Below, in pieces: positions 29,601 through 37,355 of a DNA stretch of 64,000 nt (its first letter is position 1; each line of letters begins with the position of its first letter). Location of the stretch: contig CAVPLQ010000008.1 in NCBI GenBank assembly GCA_963706125.1, positions 682,308 through 746,307 of the forward strand. The letters are read 5' to 3'. The translations under genes and the position numbers were made by a program. This stretch comes from an uncultured Flavobacteriales bacterium. Its GTDB lineage: Bacteria; Bacteroidota; Bacteroidia; Flavobacteriales_F; PHOS-HE28. The notes beneath the pieces are model-generated. The model was not told the DNA's origin. It did no database searches and saw only the letters and a list, made by a program, of their open reading frames with translations.

Positions 29601-29871
29601 ACAGTGCGCCGTCCTGCGCTTCCAAGGAGGCCCACACATAGTTGTTGGAGAGGCTGTTCGCCGTGCCATCATTCCGGTAGGTGATAAAGCCGTGCCCGTC
29701 ATAGCGGCACAGGCCGTCCTGTGTGCCGGACCAGAGGAAACCGTACCGGTCCTCCAGCATCGTGTTCACGGAATTCTGGGGAAGCCCGTCGGTGTTGTCC
29801 AAGTGATGGAACCGCAGCGGGCCGGGTTGCGCGCATAAGGCTATGGAGACCGCCGCATAGGCGATGAGCAT
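26685..29871 (-). pseudogene. two-component-regulator-propeller (Y_Y_Y) hybrid sensor histidine kinase; frameshift near nt 29525
   Basis: N-terminal ORF 29341..30000 carries a signal/TM segment and the first Reg_prop repeats (..LSNNYVWASLEAQDGALWIGTYGGGLDRYDPGTDAFSHFRH), then runs into nonsense. ORF 26685..29702 resumes with ..ENPRSLSSDRVLGLLE.. Further propeller repeats, a Y_Y_Y domain, a TM helix, an H-box (..FHDEAGARITRINLFTGL..) and HATPase_c follow. The start codon (29871 or 29907) is uncertain. Confidence 0.7.
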
Positions 29872-30027
29872 GGCGGTTCGACCGGGGCTATGTGGTTCAA
29901 TGCGCATGCGGGGCCAGCCTCGAACATACAGAGGATCCGCGGAAGATCCACCCAAATGGGTCATGGACGGGCTATCTGAATGGCCGAACTTCGCGCTCAA
30001 GAATCCACGACCATGTATACAAGCTCC

Positions 30028-30456
30028 ATGAAGTTGTTATTCGGCATACTCTTGCTCTCGGCCTGCGGCACCGGCACCACTGCGGAGGAGACCACAGGAA
30101 CGGAACAGGTGATCCCCGCCGTGGAGGCGGCTGAAGCGTGCGATCCACTGGTGGGCGAGTTCCGCGATCTGATGGCGGACTATGAGGGCGACCTCAAAGC
30201 GATGATCGCCGATGGCAAGGTGGATGAGGAAAGGCAGAAGGAATGGTCCGCGAATGCCAAAGACCTGGGCGAGCGGATCAACGCCAAGGGAGAACGGGAG
30301 CTGGGCCTGAAGTGCTACCAGGAGTTCAATACCATCGGGCAGGTGTACGCGCCGCGTATCGCGGAGCTCGGCATGCAACTGGCCCTTATGCAGATGAAGG
30401 ACAAGGGCATGGACCCGGCCGCCATGGAGCAGGTGAAGAAGGCCATGGGGCAATAG
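30028..30456 (+). CDS. hypothetical lipoprotein
   Basis: MKLLFGILLLSACG lipobox, then a helical Lys/Glu-rich 140-aa body. Confidence 0.5.
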   Translation: MKLLFGILLLSACGTGTTAEETTGTEQVIPAVEAAEACDPLVGEFRDLMADYEGDLKAMIADGKVDEERQKEWSANAKDLGERINAKGERELGLKCYQEFNTIGQVYAPRIAELGMQLALMQMKDKGMDPAAMEQVKKAMGQ

Positions 30457-30468
30457 CTTCTGCGCAGC

Positions 30469-31470
30469 ATGGAGGAGAAGACACGGACGTCCAAGGTGTT
30501 GCCGGGCTTGGGCCTTGCGCTAAGTGCTACGGTGCTCGGGCTTTTCGCCGGGGGGCTGGTCGGCAGGCTCACTGTACCCAAGACCGACGGGTTGGCAGGC
30601 GCGGTGGAGGTTTTGGCCTATGCGCTTCTCGGAGGGTTGCTATTTCTGATCTTGGCGGTGGTGCTGGTGAGGCGGTCTCCAAGGCGTGTCAGCATCCGCT
30701 TGTTGATCTTTTCGGGCCCGTTGGCGATCATCTTGCTCTCCTTCGCCACGTGGAGCTTTATGAAGAACAAGGCCGAAAAGGACCGACAATGGGAGGAGGA
30801 GCAAAGGCGCTATAAGGAGCTGAAGCCCACCGCACCCGCCGCACCGGTCATGTTCGCAGCATGGAGCACCGCCGGCACTGCTGCAACGGGACCACAGGAG
30901 CAGGGCCAGCAGCGCTTGGGCCTCGGCATGGCTGCACCTGTGATGGAGGCCGGTGTATTCTATTTCTACGCCGGACCTGACATGGACCGGATACCCGATC
31001 CCGCCCAAGCGTTGGACAGCTTGGTCTTTGAAAAGGGGGAGCACTACATCGGGATCACGTCGGCCCCGCCCTGGTTCGTGCCTGCCCACATGAAGCTGGA
31101 CTACGGTCTGCTCTTACTGAAGGTCATCACGCTCTCGCGCAACTGGGTCGAGGTAGAGGTGAATACAATTGATGGGACGTCGCGATGGGTGGATCGACAA
31201 GAACTGGGCATCGTACTGTGGCCGGAATTCATCAGTACCGTCGGAACCGTGGAGATCCTTGATCCGGAAACGAATCCGATCCGCATCAAGCCAATGGATC
31301 ATGCGTCCATCATGGCCGATGGAGCCAACGCTTTGCTCAAGCCATTGGCCGTGCGAGGCGATTGGTTGATGGTCGGTACCTCCGAACTCGCCGATCGCAT
31401 CGCGCCCACCGGTTGGATCCGCTGGCGGAAAGGTGAGGAGTTGCTGGTGCGGTACAACTTGTTGTGCTGA
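30469..31470 (+). CDS. hypothetical membrane protein
   Basis: 333 aa. Three predicted N-terminal TM helices, Pro/Ala-rich linker, C-terminal soluble domain. No recognisable family. Confidence 0.45.
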   Translation: MEEKTRTSKVLPGLGLALSATVLGLFAGGLVGRLTVPKTDGLAGAVEVLAYALLGGLLFLILAVVLVRRSPRRVSIRLLIFSGPLAIILLSFATWSFMKNKAEKDRQWEEEQRRYKELKPTAPAAPVMFAAWSTAGTAATGPQEQGQQRLGLGMAAPVMEAGVFYFYAGPDMDRIPDPAQALDSLVFEKGEHYIGITSAPPWFVPAHMKLDYGLLLLKVITLSRNWVEVEVNTIDGTSRWVDRQELGIVLWPEFISTVGTVEILDPETNPIRIKPMDHASIMADGANALLKPLAVRGDWLMVGTSELADRIAPTGWIRWRKGEELLVRYNLLC

Positions 31471-31486
31471 TGCTTGAGACCTTGCG

Positions 31487-31951
31487 ATGAAAAACGTTGC
31501 GCAGATCGCCAAACATTTCCGCGACGTTCACTTCGGTGGCAATTGGACCAGCGTGAACCTGCGTGACACGCTGAAGGACGTTACCTGGCAAGAGGCGACA
31601 TACAAGCGCGAAGGCTTCAACACCACTGCGGTACTCACCTTCCACATCAACTACTTCGTGGATGCTACGTTGAAGGTCCTCGAAGGTGGCCCACTCGATG
31701 CCCATGACAAGTTCAGTTTCACCCATCCACCGATCACAAGCGAAGCCGATTGGCAGCGCATGTTAGAGAAGGTTTGGAGCGATGCCGAACGTTTCGCCAC
31801 CCTTGTAGAGCAACTGCCTTAGGAGCGTTTGCACCAAAATATGGCCGACCCGAAGTATGGTACGTGGTTTCGCAACCTGCACGGCATCATCGATCACACG
31901 CACTACCACATGGGGCAGATCGTGATCTTGAAGAAGTTGATTCGGGGGTGA
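31487..31951 (+). pseudogene. DinB/YfiT-family (DinB_2) protein interrupted by an in-frame TAG at 31820-31822
   Basis: MKNVAQIAKHFRDVHFGGNWTSVNL.. through ..ATLVEQLP, then TAG. The same frame continues ERLHQNMADPKYGTWFRNLHGIIDHTHYHMGQIVILKKLIRG to TGA at 31949-31951, the conserved DinB_2 C-terminus. Confidence 0.6.
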
Positions 31952-31976
31952 TCAGGGGGGCTCGAAAAGACGCATA

Positions 31977-32084
31977 GACCATTTTCGTGGATCCACGAAA
32001 ATGGTCGAAATTCAAGAACGCCGGAGCAAACAAATCTGCCCCGGCGTTCAATTCTCTGAAGTCACTCCGGGCTTGAACCGGAGT
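31977..32084. terminator. three consecutive hairpins between convergent genes (terminator region)
   Basis: Perfect 14-bp palindrome GACCATTTTCGTGG-atc-CCACGAAAATGGTC (31977-32006); AACGCCGG..16 nt..CCGGCGTT (32017-32048); ACTCCGG-gcttga-ACCGGAGT (about 32062-32084). Confidence 0.55.
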
Positions 32085-32104
32085 CTCCAATTCAATTGGT
32101 CAGA

Positions 32105-33919
32105 TCAATAGCCGTATTTCCCCTCGGCGATCATTATCTTCGATATCGCCTTCCGCAATTCCGCCGTATTCAAGTTCGTGCTCTTGCAAAAGCGCTTCGC
32201 GCCCATCAGCATGGCACGCTGTTCGTCGCCATCGGAGAAGTTGTTCACGGCTTCTTTCGCGTACTTGTGGATCCGATCGGCCGCATCATGTACAAAGAGC
32301 TGGCACATGGCCAACTGCTCTTTCACGTTATCAGTGCCCTTCATCTCGGCCAACTTCAAGGTCCGCAGTAATGCGCTTTCGGCGAGGTAGGTGTCGATCA
32401 CCATATCGGCGATGTGCATCAAGGTCTCTTGGTGCTTCGCCAGTTCTAGACCGAGTTTCTGCGCAGCGCCACCGGCCACCATCAGCACGGCCTTCTTGAA
32501 ATTCGTCTACCATACGCTTCTCGTCGCCGAGCAGTGAATCGTCAGGCTCCGGCATTTCGGGGAGGCCCATCAGTTCAGCGGCGACGGCTTCTGTGCAGGA
32601 CCCATCAGGTCCAGCTGGCCCTTCATCGCGCGCTTCAGCAGCATGTCCACCGTGAGCATGCGGTTGATCTCGTTCGTTCCTTCGAAGATCCGGTTGATGC
32701 GACTGTCGCGGTAGGCACGCTCTACGGGGCTTTCGGCGCTGTAGCCCATGCCGCCGAAGATCTGCACGCCTTCATCGCACACGTAGTCCAGGCATTCGCT
32801 GCCGGCCACTTTCAGGATCGCCGCTTCGGCAGCATACTGCTCCACACCTTTCAGCAAGGCTTTCGCGTGGTCCGCACCAGCGGCTTCCAAGGCTTCGATC
32901 GCCTGTTCCATATCGTAACTGCAACGGTAGGTCGCGCTTTCCACCACGTAGCAGTAGGTTGCTTGGTCGGCAAGCTTTTGGCGGATCGCACCGAACGAGC
33001 TGATTGGACGGCCGAACTGCTGCCGTTCGTTGGCGTACTGCACCGAATGGTCCACCACGGCCTTCGCGCCACCGAGCGCAGCCCCCGACAATTTGATGCG
33101 ACCGATGTTCAAGATGTTCACCGCGATCTTGAAACCGTTGCCGCGCTCACTCAGCAAATTCTCCACTGGCACCTTGCAATCGTTGAAGAACACCTGCCGC
33201 GTGCTGCTGCCCTTGATCCCCATCTTCTTCTCCTCCGGGTTCAGCGTGATGCCGCCGAAACTCTTCTCCACGATGAACGCGCTCAGGTTCTCATCCGCCT
33301 CGCCGGTCTTCGGGTCCACGATCTTGGCGAACACCGTGAAGATGTCCGCGAAACCACCGTTGGTGATCCACATCTTCTGGCCATTGAGGAGGTAGTGCTT
33401 GCCGTCATCGCTCAGCACCGCCTTCGTTTTCCCGCTGTTGGCATCGCTGCCGGCTCCGGGTTCCGTGAGACAGTACGCAGCCTTCCACTCGCCGGTGGCC
33501 AACTTCGGGATGTACTTCTTCTTCTGCTCCTCGGTGCCGTAATAGAGTATCGGCAGCGTGCCAATGCCTGTATGCGCCGCGATGGCCACGCTGAAACTAT
33601 GACCCGCCCCGGTCACTTCCGTCAGGAGCATCGTGGTCACGAAGTCCTTGCCGAAGCCGCCTAACTCTTCCGGCAAGGAGATGCCCAGCAGCCCGAGTTC
33701 ACCGGCCTTGTCCAGTAGGCTCGGCATCAGGCCCTCCTCCATGCTGTCGATGCGGTCCAAGTGCGGCCAAACCTCCTGCGACAGGAAGTCCTTTGCCGTC
33801 TGCGCAATCATGCGCTGCTCCTCGTTGAATTCTTCAGGAATAAAAATGTCCTTCGGGTCGCTTTCGCGGATCAGGAATTCGCCGCCTTGAAGGGCTTTGG
33901 GTTTGGTCTCTGTTGCCAT
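32105..33919 (-). pseudogene. long-form acyl-CoA dehydrogenase (about 600 aa, with C-terminal helical extension); two frame changes in the linker at about 32497 and 32580
   Basis: ORF 32570..33919 (449 aa) is a complete ACAD core (..[12 protein letters not shown].., ..[31 protein letters not shown]..). It continues in a second frame (..[26 protein letters not shown]..), then a third (FKKAVLMVAGGAAQKLGLELAKHQE.. = ORF 32105..32488), which is the usual C-terminal extension of this ACAD class. An extra T in gaaTTTcaag (about 32497) accounts for the second shift. Confidence 0.65.
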
Positions 33920-33975
33920 TGTTCGGTTCGAATGTTCAGGCTGTTGATGTCTGCTGCCAAGTGTAACGAATTGTG

Positions 33976-34011
33976 GTATGCACTAATTCGCATAAAGGTA
34001 TGCACGCATAC
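33976..34011. promoter_or_regulatory. tandem palindromic operator-like sites upstream of the acyl-CoA dehydrogenase gene
   Basis: GTATGCACtaattcGCATAa (33976-33995) and the near-perfect palindrome GTATGC-ac-GCATAC (33998-34011), 57-92 nt upstream of the ACAD start. Same motif as 40185..40198 upstream of marR. Confidence 0.5.
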
Positions 34012-34092
34012 TATATCCTGCAAGTACCGAGTGTGGAATGCCGGAAACATCCATTGGCAGCGGGATAACATCGAAGTAGGGAGGACGTTCTC

Positions 34093-35247
34093 CTAGTTCC
34101 AAGGACCGGTCTTCGTCACATGAAAGAAGCGCTTTCCACCTGTCCTGAGCGATGCCGAAGGATCGAAGCGGAAGAGCCCATTCCAGCCACCGAACCAGAA
34201 CCGTCCTTCCCGGTCCTCCATGATGGTGAGGATCCCGTTCGTGTCGAGGCCATCGTCGGTGTAGAAATTGGTGAAGGCCTTTCCGTCGTAACGATAAACC
34301 CCGAAGTTCTCCGCAGCGAACCAGATGTTCCCCTTCTTGTCCTCGTAGAACGCACCGACCTCCACACCTTGGATCACGCCGTCCTTGGTGAAGTTCTCGA
34401 AGGTCTTGCCATTGTATCGGCTCACTCCACCGAAGCTGCTGCCGATCCACAAGTTGCCCTTGCTGTCCTCGAATAGGCCGGTCACGCTGTTGTCCGCCAG
34501 GCCGTTCTCCGTAGCGTAGTGGGTGAAGGCTGCACTCGCATCGCTTATCCGCGGATCGTATTTGTACAAACCACCGGCATCGCGACCGAACCAGATGTTC
34601 CCCTTGATGTCTTCCAGGACGCACGTGATGCGTGTTCGGGATAGCATGGCGGTGGTGTCTTGTGCCCGCACTGCCGAAATAGGTACGGTGGTGAATGCCT
34701 TGCCATCGAAGCGGCATAGCCCGTCCATCGTGCCGATCCAGATCGTGCCATCGCGCCCCATGGTCATGCTCCAGATCTCATTGTGGAGCAGCCCATCCAT
34801 TGTGGTGAACTGGCTGAAGCCATGGCGAGATGAGCCGCGCTCGGCCGGCCCCCCCTGAGCTCGTCGAAGAGTGGGGCCGTACTTGAAGAGGCCTTCACCA
34901 TCTGTTGCTAACCAAATGTTCCCTTCGTGGTCCTCCACGATCCCGTTGATCCGGCCCGACGTGATGCCGACGCTATCGGCGAGGTACTCCAGTGTATCGT
35001 TCTGGTAGCGGATCGCGCCGTAGTGATTGGTGCCGAACCAGAGCGCACCGCGTTTGTCCTGATGCATGTTGCGCACCCAGTGACAGAGTTGCCCCTCGTA
35101 TGAAAGGCGCACGGGCCACTCGCTCGGGATCGGGACGGTATCGTTCGTGATCACCACCGGTTCCTTGATGCTGCTCTGTCCGTTGCAGGAGTAGAGGAAG
35201 AGCAATGAGCCGAAGGCTTGGCAGGCGATGGTGTGCGTGGTCTTCAT
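34093..35247 (-). CDS. lipoprotein made only of two-component-regulator propeller (Reg_prop) repeats, no kinase domains
   Basis: 384 aa, signal plus lipobox (..LLFLYSCNG). At least 8 repeats of the ..GNIWFGT..GL.RYDG..F..F form. One stretch (..KYGPTLRRAQGGPAERGSSRHG..) coincides with a G7 homopolymer (about 34860-34880) and may hide a compensated frameshift. Confidence 0.6.
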   Translation of the reverse strand: MKTTHTIACQAFGSLLFLYSCNGQSSIKEPVVITNDTVPIPSEWPVRLSYEGQLCHWVRNMHQDKRGALWFGTNHYGAIRYQNDTLEYLADSVGITSGRINGIVEDHEGNIWLATDGEGLFKYGPTLRRAQGGPAERGSSRHGFSQFTTMDGLLHNEIWSMTMGRDGTIWIGTMDGLCRFDGKAFTTVPISAVRAQDTTAMLSRTRITCVLEDIKGNIWFGRDAGGLYKYDPRISDASAAFTHYATENGLADNSVTGLFEDSKGNLWIGSSFGGVSRYNGKTFENFTKDGVIQGVEVGAFYEDKKGNIWFAAENFGVYRYDGKAFTNFYTDDGLDTNGILTIMEDREGRFWFGGWNGLFRFDPSASLRTGGKRFFHVTKTGPWN

Positions 35248-36097
35248 TTCTTCCTGCCCTTTGTGATCGCCTTCTTCCCCGGTGGCAGAAAGTTACTCCC
35301 TGAAACTACAGAACGCCCTGTGCGCTCTTCCAGCTCAAGCCGAGCCTTCTTCGCGATGCCACCACCTTTCCTTGCCGCCACTTTGTTCTTGGGCATCCCC
35401 TTGGCCTGATCACTCTCCGCGATCTGCCGTGTGCTCAGTTCCGCCAGAGCCGTGAAGGTCAGCTCCGCTTCGGTCCTATGGTCGCGCAGGTTCTGGGTCT
35501 TCAGGCCCTTGATCCCTTTATGGTCTTTCACGGTCACACCACTCCACTCCTGATGAATGATGTTCGTGAGGATCGCATACTCTTCACCCTCCTTGTTGTC
35601 ATGTTCCTTCCATTTGTCCGTGAGCTGGTTGCGCGTCTCCTGGCCCATCATGCGCTGCTGGATCCACTTCTCGCTACGGCCGTGCTTCAACCAAAGTTCG
35701 CGGGCGCGGTCCACGCCGAGGCTCGGGTCGGCCAGCTCCTGCATGCGTTCGTAATCCACCTTTGCCAGCCACAGTTTGATAGGTTCCGCCTTGGGGCTTG
35801 GAACGGACTGGACAAGTCGCAGCAAGGTCTCGGCGGTGGCTACATCGGTGAGGCGCAACCTGCCATCCTCGGCGGGCAATTTCAACCGGTTACAATCTGT
35901 AACCAGTTGACTTCCCTCTTTCTCCAGTCTGTGTATCAATACCTTCCAGTATTCCGGGCAAGCTGGTAGTCTGGCTGTTGGGCCAGTGCCTGAATGATGT
36001 CGATCACAGAGAACCACCAAGTCTCCGTGGCTTCGTCGTAGAGACGTCGAATGTGGTGTTGCTCAAAGAGGGCGGAAGAGGGTAGCAGGGCGCTCAT
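35244..36097 (-). pseudogene. dinD: DNA-damage-inducible protein D (DinD)-like / Bro-N domain protein; -1 frameshift near nt 35952
   Basis: ATG at 36095-36097 opens MSALLPSSALFEQHHIRRLYDEATETWWFSVIDIIQALAQQPDYQ.. (Bro-N-like). It is out of frame with ORF 35244..36020 (..YWKVLIHRLEKEGSQLVTDCNRLKLPAEDGRLRLTDVATAETLLRLVQSVPSPKAEPIKLWLAKV..KGMPKNKVAARKGGGIAKKARLELEERTG), which matches DinD over the whole length. Inserting one T in cggaat_actgg restores continuity. Confidence 0.6.
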
Positions 36098-36171
36098 GGG
36101 TTCAGCTATTCACCGTCGGCTTTCTCGTCGATCGGTGTTTGACAACATACTGCCTTCCGAACTCTTTCCGC

Positions 36172-37347
36172 TCAATTCAACAACTCAAACACACTCGCCG
36201 CACCCTGCCCGGCGCCCACACACATGGTAACAACGCCATACTTCTGTTTGCGACGTCTCATCTCATTGAAGAGCTGCACGCTCAGCTTCGCACCTGTGCA
36301 ACCCAGCGGGTGTCCCATCGCGATCGCGCCACCGTTCACGTTCACAATGCTCGGGTCCAGCCCAAGCTCACGGATCACCGCCAACGACTGCGACGCGAAG
36401 GCCTCGTTCAGCTCGATCAGCTCGATGTCCTTCAGCTTCAGTCCGGCCATTTCGATCGCCTTTGGCACTGCTGCGATCGGACCTATACCCATGATGCGCG
36501 GCGGCACGCCGGCCACGTGGTAGGAGAGGAGGCGCGCGATCGGCTTCACGTTCAATTGCTTCAGCATGCGCTCGCTCACCACCAGCACGAAGGCCGCGCC
36601 ATCGCTGGTCTGTGAGGAATTGCCGGCGGTCACGGTACCTTTTGGATCGAACACGGGGCGAAGTTTTGCCAGCCCTTCCAAGCTGCTCGTGCGCGGACCT
36701 TCATCCGTGTCCACCACGTATTTCTCCACTTGACGCTTTTCCCTCGCATCCAAGAAGACCCGCTCCACCTCGAAGGGTACGATCTCGTCCTTAAAGCGCC
36801 CGGCGGCGATGGCGGCCAGCGCTCTTTCCTGGCTCTGCAGTGCGAAAGCATCCTGGTCCTCGCGCGTCACCTTGTACTCGCGCGCAACGGCCTCGGCGGT
36901 GAGGCCCATGCCCCAATACCAAGTGGGATGTTCCTGCGCCACCTTGGCATTCGGCACAATGCGCCAGCCGCTGAAGGGGATGGGGCTCATGAACTCCACG
37001 CCCCCCGCGATGATGCAATCCGCCATGCCGCTTTGGATCTTGGCACTGGCGATCGCGATCGTCTCGCTGCCGCTGCTGCAATAGCGGTTCACCGTCATGC
37101 CCGGCACCTTCTCGTTGTTCAGGCCCATCAGGCTGATCATGCGGCCGATGTTCAGGCCCTGCTCCGCCTCGGGCGTGGCGTTGCCCACGATCACATCGTC
37201 CACTTGGTCGGGTGCGAGGTTGGGCACGGAGGCCATCAGGTGTTTGATCACGTGCGCGGCGAGGTCGTCGGGGCGGGTGAAACGGAATTTGCCACGAGGG
37301 GCTTTTCCTACTGCGGATCGGAATCCGGCTATGATGTATGCGTCCAT
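36172..37347 (-). CDS. fadA: acetyl-CoA C-acyltransferase (3-ketoacyl-CoA thiolase)
   Basis: 391 aa from ATG at 37345-37347 (MDAYIIAGFRSAVGKAPRGKFRFTRPDDL..). Thiolase active-site regions are present (..NRYCSSGSETIA.., ..NVNGGAIAMGHPLGCTGAKL.., ..MCVGAGQGAA..). In the ORF track it appears as the C-terminal third of a 1181-aa ORF (see findings). Confidence 0.85.
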   Translation of the reverse strand: MDAYIIAGFRSAVGKAPRGKFRFTRPDDLAAHVIKHLMASVPNLAPDQVDDVIVGNATPEAEQGLNIGRMISLMGLNNEKVPGMTVNRYCSSGSETIAIASAKIQSGMADCIIAGGVEFMSPIPFSGWRIVPNAKVAQEHPTWYWGMGLTAEAVAREYKVTREDQDAFALQSQERALAAIAAGRFKDEIVPFEVERVFLDAREKRQVEKYVVDTDEGPRTSSLEGLAKLRPVFDPKGTVTAGNSSQTSDGAAFVLVVSERMLKQLNVKPIARLLSYHVAGVPPRIMGIGPIAAVPKAIEMAGLKLKDIELIELNEAFASQSLAVIRELGLDPSIVNVNGGAIAMGHPLGCTGAKLSVQLFNEMRRRKQKYGVVTMCVGAGQGAASVFELLN

Positions 37348-37355
37348 GGTATGGT

